44,840 nucleotides of DNA, from contig DUBL01000274.1 in NCBI GenBank assembly GCA_012960345.1, forward strand, positions 17,404-62,243, given 5' to 3'. The position numbers were made by a program, and so were the translations under genes. Positions 18,679-26,784 of this stretch are shown piece by piece. The stretch is from Gammaproteobacteria bacterium. GTDB lineage: Bacteria > Pseudomonadota > Gammaproteobacteria > Arenicellales > UBA868. Each line of letters opens with the position of its first letter. The first letter of the stretch is position 1. The notes under the pieces were generated by a model. It saw only the letters and a list, made by a program, of their open reading frames with translations, was not told the DNA's origin and made no database searches.

Positions 18679-19704
18679 ATGATGAATATCGACACCCTGA
18701 AGACCACCGCCGCAGCGATGGTAGCGCCTGGTAAAGGTATCCTTGCCATGGATGAAAGCCATCCGACGTGCAATAAGCGTTTCGAGGCGTTGGGCATTCC
18801 GACGACGCCGGAGATGCGGCGTGAATATCGGACTATGCTGGTGACGACGCCCAAGCTTGGACAGCACATCGGTGGAGCAATTTTGTTTGACGAGACGATA
18901 CGCGACTGCGTAGTTGATGGGCGAAGCTTCGTCGAGGTGCTTACTGAGCAGGGAATCGTGCCAGGGATTAAGGTCGATGCGGGTGCCAAGAACCTTTCCC
19001 AGCGGCCGGGGGAGAAAGTCACCGAGGGGTTAGATGGATTAGGGCCTCGTCTTGCGGAATACAGCGAGTTAGGCGCGCGTTTTGCCAAGTGGCGTGCGGT
19101 CTATGCCATTACCGATACATTGCCCAGTCAGGCCTGTTTCAGTGCGAATGCGCATGGTTTGGCTCGTTATGCCGCGTTGTGTCAGGAGCACGATATTGTG
19201 CCGATCGTAGAGCCAGAGGTGTTGATTGATGGTAACCACAGTATCGAGCGCAGTTTTGAGGTCACGCAACACGCACAGCAAACTGTATTTGAAGCGCTCG
19301 CTGATCAAGGTGTTGTCCTTGAGGGCATCGTGTTGAAGCCGAGCATGGTGATTTCGGGAAGCGAAGCGAAGGATCGCGCCGGTATAGAGGAGGTGGCACA
19401 CCAAACACTTCGTTGCTTGCTCAGTACAGTACCACCCGCTGTGCCGGGCATCGCTTTTCTTTCCGGCGGGCAGTCTGACGAAGAAGCAACTGCGCACTTG
19501 AACGCTATGCATCACCTGGGTATCGAATTGCCGTGGGCGGTGACATTTTCCTACGGACGCGCATTGCAGGCTGCTGCCATGCAGGCATGGAATGGGCAGC
19601 AGGGCAACCTGATGGCGGCACAGGCCATTGCTTATCACAGGGCTCAGATGAATGGTCTTGCTGCGCAAGGCGGTTACGCCGCGCAGATGGAAAGTACTGC
19701 GTAG
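18679..19704 (+). CDS. fba: class I fructose-bisphosphate aldolase
   Basis: 'GKGILAMDES', 'GIVPGIKVD', 'IVEPEV', 'LKPSMV' (Schiff-base Lys region), 'FLSGGQS' and 'SFSYGRALQ'. The start is ATG 18679 or 18682, after GGAGAG. Confidence 0.92.
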   Translation: MMNIDTLKTTAAAMVAPGKGILAMDESHPTCNKRFEALGIPTTPEMRREYRTMLVTTPKLGQHIGGAILFDETIRDCVVDGRSFVEVLTEQGIVPGIKVDAGAKNLSQRPGEKVTEGLDGLGPRLAEYSELGARFAKWRAVYAITDTLPSQACFSANAHGLARYAALCQEHDIVPIVEPEVLIDGNHSIERSFEVTQHAQQTVFEALADQGVVLEGIVLKPSMVISGSEAKDRAGIEEVAHQTLRCLLSTVPPAVPGIAFLSGGQSDEEATAHLNAMHHLGIELPWAVTFSYGRALQAAAMQAWNGQQGNLMAAQAIAYHRAQMNGLAAQGGYAAQMESTA

Positions 19705-19760
19705 AAAGGGGTTTTGGTTATTTTTTGATCGGCTGGGGCTAATTCCCAGCAGGGGGGCTA

Positions 19761-20606
19761 ATGCGGTTTCAGGGTACCGACACTTATATCGCGACCGAAG
19801 ATTTGCAGATGGCTGTTAACGCGGCGGTCACACTAGAGCGTCCCCTGTTGATTAAGGGTGAGCCGGGTACGGGTAAAACAATGCTCGCTGAAGAAGTGGC
19901 GGCCGCCCTCGGCCGGCCACTGATTAATTGGCACATTAAGTCCACCAGCAAGGCGCAACAAGGTCTTTACGAGTATGACGCTGTGTCACGCCTGCGGGAC
20001 TCGCAACTGGGTGACGAGAGGGTCAAGGACATTGGCAACTACATCAAGCGGGGGAAACTATGGGATGCGTTCGAGACCGATGAGCGCGTCGTGTTATTGA
20101 TTGATGAGATCGATAAAGCCGATATTGAATTCCCCAACGATCTCCTGACTGAACTTGATCAGATGGAGTTCTTCGTCTATGAAACCGGCGAAACGGTGCG
20201 AGCGAAAAATCGCCCGATCGTGATTATCACCAGTAATGATGAAAAAGAATTGCCGGATGCGTTTCTGCGACGGTGTTTTTTTCACTTCATTAGTTTCCCG
20301 GATAGAGACACTATGGAGCGTATCGTTCAGGTTCATCACCCGCGTATTAAGCAAGACCTTATCAGCGAAGCACTGGATATTTTTTTTAATGTTCGAGAGG
20401 TGCCGGGGTTGAAGAAAAAACCAACGACTTCGGAGTTGATCGACTGGCTAAAGTTGTTGATGGCAGATGATATTCCAGATGAAATCCTGAAGGAGCGTGA
20501 TCCCACTCGAGCGATTCCTCCGCTGTATGGTGCATTATTGAAAAACGAGCAAGATGTGCACACTTTGCAGCGCCTGGCCTTTATGGTTCGTCGCGACACT
20601 GGGTGA
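19761..20606 (+). CDS. MoxR-family AAA+ ATPase
   Basis: 281 aa with Walker A 'GEPGTGKT', Walker B 'VLLIDEIDK' and sensor region 'ITSNDEKELPDAFLRRC'. SD AGGGGGG lies before the ATG. Confidence 0.88.
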   Translation: MRFQGTDTYIATEDLQMAVNAAVTLERPLLIKGEPGTGKTMLAEEVAAALGRPLINWHIKSTSKAQQGLYEYDAVSRLRDSQLGDERVKDIGNYIKRGKLWDAFETDERVVLLIDEIDKADIEFPNDLLTELDQMEFFVYETGETVRAKNRPIVIITSNDEKELPDAFLRRCFFHFISFPDRDTMERIVQVHHPRIKQDLISEALDIFFNVREVPGLKKKPTTSELIDWLKLLMADDIPDEILKERDPTRAIPPLYGALLKNEQDVHTLQRLAFMVRRDTG

Positions 20607-20612
20607 TCATTC

Positions 20613-21788
20613 ATGTTGGTGACTTTTTTTCTGAGTCTGAAAAAAGCCGGCGTACCGGTTTCGGTGCGCGAGTTTCTGGTGTTACTAGAAGCCATGACGT
20701 GCGGTCTGGCCTTCGGGTCAATCGATGATTTCTACCGACTGTCGCGAACGTCGCTGGTTAAGGATGAGCAGTACTTCGATCGTTTTGATCGTGCTTTTGG
20801 CGCGTTTTTCAAGGAACTGGAGTCCTTTGATGACGTGTTGGAGGCGCTTTTACCAGAAGATTGGTTGCGCTCGGAATTTGAAAAATATTTGACAGACGAA
20901 GAAAAAGACAAGATCCAGTCATTGGGGGGCCTTGAAAAACTGATCGAAGAATTCAAGAAGCGCCTGGAGGAACAGCAGAAGCGGCATTCCGGTGGTAGCA
21001 AGTGGGTTGGTACTGGCGGCACGTCACCGTTTGGCAATGCGGGATATCACCCTGAGGGCATTCGTGTTGGGGGTGAGGGTAGACAGGGTCGGGCCGTCAA
21101 AGTATGGGACAAGCGACAGTTTAGAAATCTCGATGCTTCGGTTGAGCTCGGAACTCGAAATGTAAAGGTTGCGTTGAAGCGATTACGCGCGTTTGCGCGC
21201 ACCGGTGCGCAGGAGGAACTCGATCTGGACGACACCATTCAATCGACTGCACGAAACGCCGGGATGCTCGATATCAAAATGGTTCCCGAGCGGCACAATG
21301 CGGTCAAAGTATTGCTATTTATTGATGTTGGCGGCTCGATGTATCCTTATGTGCAATCTTGTGAAGAGCTTTTTTCTGCCGCACGCAGCGAGTTCAAACA
21401 CCTTGATTATTTCTATTTTCACAATTTTATCTATGATGTTGTATGGAAAGACAATCGGCGTCGTAACAGTGAAGTGACAGCGACCCGGGATGTGTTACAC
21501 AAGTATGCGCGCGATTACCGAGTAATTTTTGTTGGCGATGCGTCGATGGCCCCTTACGAGGTTGCCAGCCCCGGGGGAAACATCGAGTATTTTAATGAAG
21601 AAGCCGGTGCGACATGGATGCAGCGGGTGGCGGGTACCTATGATCGATTGGCCTGGCTGAATCCGACGCCTGAATCCTATTGGGAATACACCCAGTCCAT
21701 CCATATGATCAAAGAGTTGGTCGATGACCGCATGTTTCCGCTAACGTTGTCGGGGCTCGATACTGCGATGCGGTCGCTTGCGAGTTAG
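20613..21788 (+). CDS. VWA (von Willebrand factor A) domain protein, CoxE-like, MoxR partner
   Basis: 391 aa. The N-terminus 'MLVTFFLSLKKAGVPVSVREFLVLLEA' and a Lys/Glu-rich linker precede a C-terminal VWA fold with a MIDAS-like 'LLFIDVGGSM'. It starts 6 nt after the MoxR stop. Confidence 0.8.
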   Translation: MLVTFFLSLKKAGVPVSVREFLVLLEAMTCGLAFGSIDDFYRLSRTSLVKDEQYFDRFDRAFGAFFKELESFDDVLEALLPEDWLRSEFEKYLTDEEKDKIQSLGGLEKLIEEFKKRLEEQQKRHSGGSKWVGTGGTSPFGNAGYHPEGIRVGGEGRQGRAVKVWDKRQFRNLDASVELGTRNVKVALKRLRAFARTGAQEELDLDDTIQSTARNAGMLDIKMVPERHNAVKVLLFIDVGGSMYPYVQSCEELFSAARSEFKHLDYFYFHNFIYDVVWKDNRRRNSEVTATRDVLHKYARDYRVIFVGDASMAPYEVASPGGNIEYFNEEAGATWMQRVAGTYDRLAWLNPTPESYWEYTQSIHMIKELVDDRMFPLTLSGLDTAMRSLAS

Positions 21789-21841
21789 ACCCGCTCCGGG
21801 GAAACGCGGCTTTCATAACCCTCAGGTGTAACGATATCGCC

Positions 21842-22504
21842 ATGCAAGGTTTTCATTTGAAACGGTTTCCCGTCGTAATCCGCTATGGATTGCCCATCAC
21901 AGCCATGGGCCTTGTTATTTTCCTGTCTAACCTTTTGGTTCACTACCCAGTAGCCGTGGTATTTGGATCCGTCGATCTTGCCGATTGGCTGACTTGGGGT
22001 GCGTTTACCTATCCTGTGGCGTTTCTGATTACCGACAGCACCAACCGACTGTTTGGCCCGGGACACGCCCGCCAGTTGGTTTACGTTGGCTTCGCACTGG
22101 GGGTTTTGCTAACGCTGACGGATGCGCTCGTCACAGCGGCGGTGCGTGCTGATGTAATCTCAGCGACCGTTCTGGAGGCGCTTTTTAATGACCCCGATGC
22201 CCGGTCTATGCTGCGTGTGGCGATAGGTTCTGGAACGGCTTTTTTGATTGCACAATTGATTGATGTCCATATATTTGATCGGTTGCGACGCGAAAACTGG
22301 TGGAAGGCGCCGGTCGCGTCCTCATTTGCCGGATCGCTCGTCGACACCGCACTATTTTTCTCCATTGCGTTTGCCGGTACAGGGCTGCCCTGGATCGGTT
22401 GGGGCCTGGGTGATTTTTGTGCCAAGCTGCTGATGATGGGTCTACTCTTGTACCCGTTTCGACTGCTCACGGGTTTTGCTGATGATCCTGTGCGTGCAAC
22501 TTGA
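21842..22504 (+). CDS. yhhQ: queuosine-precursor transporter, YhhQ/DUF165 (VUT) family
   Basis: 220 aa and polytopic. 'FLSNLLVHYPV', 'GAFTYPVAFLITDSTNRLFG', 'SGTAFLIAQLIDVHIFDRLR' and 'SLVDTALFFSIAF' are typical of the YhhQ family. Confidence 0.85.
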   Translation: MQGFHLKRFPVVIRYGLPITAMGLVIFLSNLLVHYPVAVVFGSVDLADWLTWGAFTYPVAFLITDSTNRLFGPGHARQLVYVGFALGVLLTLTDALVTAAVRADVISATVLEALFNDPDARSMLRVAIGSGTAFLIAQLIDVHIFDRLRRENWWKAPVASSFAGSLVDTALFFSIAFAGTGLPWIGWGLGDFCAKLLMMGLLLYPFRLLTGFADDPVRAT

Positions 22505-23457
22505 TGCAACCGAGAAAACTGATTCTTGACTGTGATCCTGGCCACGATGATGCGGTGGCAATTCTGCTTGCCCTCGCCTCACCGGCAGAACTCGAATTGC
22601 TGGGTATTACTTGCGTTGCCGGCAACGTACCGTTGTCGCTGACAAGTCGCAATGCGCTCAAGATTTGCGAGTTAGCCGGGCGCTCTGATGTTGGGGTGTA
22701 TGCCGGTGCAGACCGACCGATGGTGAGATCACTGGTGACGGCTGAGGCAGTGCATGGAGTCTCAGGCCTTGATTTACCAGACGAGCGGCGCTTGCCAGAG
22801 CCCGCCATGCGATTAAGAGATCAGCATGCTGTTGATTTCATTATTGACACGCTGTTGGCTCATCCCACCGGGGCTGTGACCGTCTGTCCAGTTGGGCCGC
22901 TGACGAACATTGCGCTTGCCATGAGACGAGCACCGGAGATCGTGCAAAAAATCAGGGAAATTGTGTTGATGGGTGGTGCTGCGATTAATCCTGGCAATGT
23001 TACACCGGTAGCTGAGTTCAATATTTATGTGGATCCTCACGCAGCGGATGTCGTTTTCCGATCCGGTGTGCCGCTCACGATGATGGGGCTTGATGTCACC
23101 CATCAGGTTTTGGTTACCCCTGAACGTATTGAGACTATTAGAAGTTGTGGTGGCCAAACCGCCAGGGTAGTGGCCGATTTGCTCAGTTTTTACTGTCGTT
23201 ATGATCGCAGTCGTTATGGAACTGATGGTGGTCCGTTGCATGATCCGTGTGTGATCGCGCATCTTTTGGATTCGACGCTTTTCGCTTGTCGTCATGTCAA
23301 TGTTCAAATTGAGATCGCCTCGCCACTCACCCTTGGCCAGACAGTGGCAGATTGGTGGCAGGCAACTGAGGCGCAGCCTAACTGCCATGTGGCTTACGCG
23401 GTGAATGATGAGGCGTTTTTCTCACAGCTGACACAGAAGCTATCAACGTTGCCATGA
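22504..23457 (+). CDS. nucleoside hydrolase (IUNH family)
   Basis: 'LILDCDPGHDDAVAILLAL' (DxDxxxDD motif), 'GPLTNIALA' and 'AEFNIYVDPHAA'. ATG 22504 overlaps the yhhQ TGA (TGATG). Confidence 0.9.
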   Translation: MQPRKLILDCDPGHDDAVAILLALASPAELELLGITCVAGNVPLSLTSRNALKICELAGRSDVGVYAGADRPMVRSLVTAEAVHGVSGLDLPDERRLPEPAMRLRDQHAVDFIIDTLLAHPTGAVTVCPVGPLTNIALAMRRAPEIVQKIREIVLMGGAAINPGNVTPVAEFNIYVDPHAADVVFRSGVPLTMMGLDVTHQVLVTPERIETIRSCGGQTARVVADLLSFYCRYDRSRYGTDGGPLHDPCVIAHLLDSTLFACRHVNVQIEIASPLTLGQTVADWWQATEAQPNCHVAYAVNDEAFFSQLTQKLSTLP

Positions 23458-24353
23458 GCGCGCGGCCGAGCGTGCTGGTGTTCGGCTCTGTTAACGTCGA
23501 TCTCGTCATGCGGGTATCGACGCTGCCGATCAGCGGGGAAACCGTGCTGACGGACGATTATCAGCCCCTACCTGGTGGGAAAGGTGCAAATCAGGCGTTG
23601 GCAGCTCGACGAGCAGGTGCTGACAGCGTTTTTATCGGAGCGGTGGGTGATGATGCGCATGGCATTTTGGCCCTCGCTTTGCTCGAGCAAGACGGGGTCG
23701 ATTTGTCCTACATCGTCAAGACGAAACGCAACACGGGCTGTGCTGTCGTCATGGTGGACGAGGTGGGTTGTAACCTGATTGGAGTAGCCAGTGGTGCGAA
23801 TCAGGATATCCAATCCGATCAGGTTGCCGATGAACTGATAGACCAGGCTGGGGTCGTGGTGCTACAGCAGGAAATCCCAATTGAGCAAAACTTGCGGCTG
23901 GCGCAGCGTGCGAAACATTTGAGCACGCCGGTACTTTTCAATCTCGCGCCAGCTACGCACGTCCCCAATGCACTGCTGAGCCATGTCGATTGGTTGGTCG
24001 TCAATGAAGTCGAGGCGGCTTTCCTGGCGAGTAGCTCCCGGCAAGAAGATATCACCCACATTGCTGAACAACTCGCTGATTCGCACCATTTCAATGTTGT
24101 GGTGACCCGAGGTCCGGGGAGTGTGATCGCGGTAGTCGACGCGCAGATCCTGACATTGCCGGCACCGGCCATCCAAGCGGTAGACACAACCGGAGCGGGG
24201 GATACTTTCGTGGGATACCTAGCGGCGGGGATTGCTCAGGGAGACACAGGGACTACCCATCTTGAGCGTGCGGTGGTGGCCGCTTCGCGAGCTTGTATTG
24301 GACTGGGCGCCCAAACCAGCATTCCCTTCGCCGACGAAGTGAATCTGTTGTGA
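23454..24353 (+). CDS. rbsK: ribokinase
   Basis: 'VFGSVNVDL', 'GGKGANQALAA', 'VLQQEIP' and 'DTTGAGDTFVG'. The ATG overlaps the hydrolase stop (ATGA). Confidence 0.9.
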   Translation: MSARPSVLVFGSVNVDLVMRVSTLPISGETVLTDDYQPLPGGKGANQALAARRAGADSVFIGAVGDDAHGILALALLEQDGVDLSYIVKTKRNTGCAVVMVDEVGCNLIGVASGANQDIQSDQVADELIDQAGVVVLQQEIPIEQNLRLAQRAKHLSTPVLFNLAPATHVPNALLSHVDWLVVNEVEAAFLASSSRQEDITHIAEQLADSHHFNVVVTRGPGSVIAVVDAQILTLPAPAIQAVDTTGAGDTFVGYLAAGIAQGDTGTTHLERAVVAASRACIGLGAQTSIPFADEVNLL

Positions 24354-24439
24354 CGCACCATAGGTTGCCATTTATTGATGCGAGGAAAGATCACCGCTAG
24401 AGTGACTGTTGGGGAAAATTATCCGGGAGGAGAGACCTA

Positions 24440-24559
24440 ATGAAAGTCTTTCGTATAAAACTCGCAGCGTTGTGGCTTATGGTGGTTGCAGTGGTGGGTG
24501 GGTTGTTGGTTGGGACAGCACAGGCTGCCGGGAAAGTGGCATTATTGATTGTTATATAA
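24440..24559 (+). CDS. hypothetical 39-aa hydrophobic/signal-peptide-like small ORF (MKVFRIKLAALWLMVVAVVGGLLVGTAQAAGKVALLIVI)
   Basis: I found this by reading the gap; it is not in the ORF track. ATG 24440 is preceded by GGAGGAGAG at 24427-24435. It has a basic N-terminus, a hydrophobic core and an AQA-A motif. No homology can be asserted. Confidence 0.3.
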   Translation: MKVFRIKLAALWLMVVAVVGGLLVGTAQAAGKVALLIVI

Positions 24560-24567
24560 ATAGCTTC

Positions 24568-24744
24568 TTGATTGACGTGGGGGGCAAGGCGCTCTGTTCG
24601 CCTTGCGGGGGTTGCCGGCAGAAGATTGCAGAATTTGCGCTCCCTGAAGCGCTGATACGGCTGTATTCACCCGATGCTTTACGCGCGGTATTTTCTTTGG
24701 TGGAGCTGCTACCCTACTCTTTCACTGCCGACCATTTGAACTGA
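24568..24744 (+). pseudogene. cdd: cytidine deaminase remnant (C-terminal ~58 aa only)
   Basis: 'LIDVGGKALCSPCGGCRQKIAEF...LVELLPYSF' matches the C-terminal third of homotetrameric Cdd (PCGxCRQ zinc ligands, 'ELLPxxF'). The N-terminal two thirds, including the C/H-A-E catalytic motif, are absent in all three frames upstream. Confidence 0.7.
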
Positions 24745-24755
24745 GTTTTCTGGTT

Positions 24756-25742
24756 TTAGGAAGCAGATGAGTCCAGGGCTGTCAGTGTTTGTTCGAGCGT
24801 TCCCGTATTAATCACAGCGTGATATGTGGGAATGCGTTTGGCTCCGCGGAAGGCTCGTTTAACGATGCTGGCTATATTCGGATTTTTCTCAGCAGGCGTG
24901 GTGCCTTTCCCGATACCGCCGCCAAACTCGATCACCGTTGTCACCCCACTTTCGATGGCACTCACCAGATTCTGGTGCCACAGCACTGGATGGAACAATT
25001 GCAGGAAGAGGCGCGAACGGATGCTGGCGCTGTCTGATTCATGGAGATTGCCCGTGTAGTTGGACAATACCTGAATATCGGTGATTTGAAATACGGTGTC
25101 TTCTAGCACAGGGCGAAAACGTTTGGCGGCTTCAATCATCAAGTAAGTGTGGAAAGCCCCTTCAGTCTTGAGCCGAGTCGAGCGCTTTTTGGGATAGATT
25201 TCTGTCAACTCACGAGCGAGGTTATCCAAGTCGCTGGCGTGTCCACCGACGACAGTTTGGTCTGGCAGGTTACAGGCGGCAATGGCGCAATAGTGTTTTT
25301 CAGCCAATCTGGCAGATGCTTGTAAATCGAGCGGTAGGGCTTCCATCTCACCATCACCGTGGGCACCCATCAGCTCTCCTCGTGTGCTGACTAGTCGAAG
25401 CGCCGACGTGAAATCAAGTACACCCGCGGCGACCAAAGCGGAGTATTCACCGAGACTGTGGCCTGCCGTGACGGTCGGCAGTAGTTGACCGTCAGTGAGC
25501 TTTGAGAAGAGTCGGAGGCAGGCCACGGAGTGAGTGAGGATGGCAGGTTGGGTATAACGCGTGAGATTGATTTTCCCTTCCGAGTCGGCGAATGAAAGGT
25601 GAGTAATATCGTACCCGAGCGTATCAACGGCTTCTTCGTAGGTATGGCGGACAATCTCATGCTGGGCATGAAGATCGCTGCCCATGCCCGCATATTGAGC
25701 GCCTTGGCCAGGAAACAGGAACAACAAGGATGATTTTTTCAT
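24756..25742 (-). CDS. FabD-like ACP S-malonyltransferase/acyltransferase (orphan paralogue)
   Basis: 'LFLFPGQGAQYAGMG', the nucleophile elbow 'GHSLGEYSALVAAG' and 'GAFHTYLM'. The start is set at 'MKKSSLLF' (25742) by analogy with FabD N-termini. The ORF is open up to 25862, so the start is uncertain. Confidence 0.8.
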   Translation of the reverse strand: MKKSSLLFLFPGQGAQYAGMGSDLHAQHEIVRHTYEEAVDTLGYDITHLSFADSEGKINLTRYTQPAILTHSVACLRLFSKLTDGQLLPTVTAGHSLGEYSALVAAGVLDFTSALRLVSTRGELMGAHGDGEMEALPLDLQASARLAEKHYCAIAACNLPDQTVVGGHASDLDNLARELTEIYPKKRSTRLKTEGAFHTYLMIEAAKRFRPVLEDTVFQITDIQVLSNYTGNLHESDSASIRSRLFLQLFHPVLWHQNLVSAIESGVTTVIEFGGGIGKGTTPAEKNPNIASIVKRAFRGAKRIPTYHAVINTGTLEQTLTALDSSAS

Positions 25743-25901
25743 AGACGGTGGAGTGTTATTGATAGGAGTGTGATCCGGAGTGCCTGTCTTAGTCGCCGAC
25801 ATGGTTAAATGCCGACGGCTTGCTGGTGTGATTATAGAATGCCAGGCGGTAGGTTGAATCAATTACATTGAGACGCAGCATGACATGGCCACTGTCGGAC
25901 A

Positions 25902-26735
25902 ATGAATGACTTTCGTCCAGCCGCGGATAAGATACGGGCGTTGGCTAGAGGACACCTGCCTCGAGTAGGGTTGGTGCTCGGCAGCGGTCTTGAAACCGTT
26001 GTTGACTCGATCGATCAATCCGCCGCGATTGCTTATGACGCGTTACCAGGATTCCCGATCCCGAGTGTCGAGGGCCATCAAGGTCAGTTGGTGCTTGGCG
26101 AGTGGAACGGCGTACGAATTGCGTGCCTTCAGGGCCGGGCGCATGCTTACGAAGGTGGAGACCCAAGCCAGATGCGACTTCCCATCCGCGCACTGAAGTC
26201 AGCAGGCTGTGACATGGTGATACTGACTTGTGCAGCGGGAAGCCTCAATCCGGCGATGCCGCCAGGGCACTTGATGTGTTTTACTGATCATATTAACTGG
26301 TCTGGCCTCAGCCCCTTGATGGGGCCAAATGACGACGATGTCGGTCCTCGCTTCGTTGATCTGACGGAGGCCTATGATGCTCGTTTGCGGTTATTGCTCG
26401 AACAAGCGGCTGTGGAGGGTCATGTGGATTGGCACCAGGGGGTTTATCTATGGAGCCTGGGTCCAAATTTCGAAACACCGGCTGAAATCCGTGCGTTCCA
26501 ATACCTTGGTGCGGATGCGGTGGGGATGTCGACCGTGCCCGAATGCCTGGTTGCCCGACACTGTGGCTTACGGGTTGCGGCGTTGGCTGTGATCACCAAT
26601 TTTGCCGCTGGGCTTGATGCTGGAGTGCTATCCCATGAAGGAACACTCGCGAGTGGTCAGCAAGCGGTACCGGGCATGGTGAGGTTGCTGGATCGCTTCT
26701 TTACCTTACTGGCCGATACGGCGGTCACTGGTTGA
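25902..26735 (+). CDS. purine-nucleoside phosphorylase (trimeric PNP/PunA type)
   Basis: 'GLVLGSGL', 'EGHQGQLVLGEW', 'QGRAHAYEG', 'GPNFETPAEIR', 'GADAVGMSTVPE' and 'ITNFAAG'. Confidence 0.9.
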   Translation: MNDFRPAADKIRALARGHLPRVGLVLGSGLETVVDSIDQSAAIAYDALPGFPIPSVEGHQGQLVLGEWNGVRIACLQGRAHAYEGGDPSQMRLPIRALKSAGCDMVILTCAAGSLNPAMPPGHLMCFTDHINWSGLSPLMGPNDDDVGPRFVDLTEAYDARLRLLLEQAAVEGHVDWHQGVYLWSLGPNFETPAEIRAFQYLGADAVGMSTVPECLVARHCGLRVAALAVITNFAAGLDAGVLSHEGTLASGQQAVPGMVRLLDRFFTLLADTAVTG

Positions 26736-26784
26736 TGAGGTGGCCGGGTGGCGAAGTCGCCGTTGCTCGGGCAGATTTCCAGCC

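Noticed and set aside
19761-21788. Interpretation of the MoxR/VWA pair as the CbbQ/CbbO Rubisco activase, given the adjacent Calvin-type gene cluster.
   Set aside because: The VWA partner is only 391 aa, whereas CbbO-type partners are roughly twice that size. The ATPase N-terminus also does not resemble CbbQ as I remember it, and no RuBisCO genes are in the window.
21789-21841. Possible preQ1 riboswitch in the 53-nt leader upstream of yhhQ.
   Set aside because: I could not find the short P1 stem followed by the A-rich tail (AAAAAACUA-type) of preQ1-I. There is only a weak CCGC/GCGG pairing. An Rfam scan would be the decisive test.
24481-24514. G/T-rich run (GGTGGTTGCAGTGGTGGGTGGGTTGTTGGTTGGG) as a potential G-quadruplex or microsatellite.
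   Set aside because: The G-tracts are mostly 2-3 nt with irregular spacing, and there is no true tandem repeat unit. It is mentioned only as context for the decayed cdd locus.
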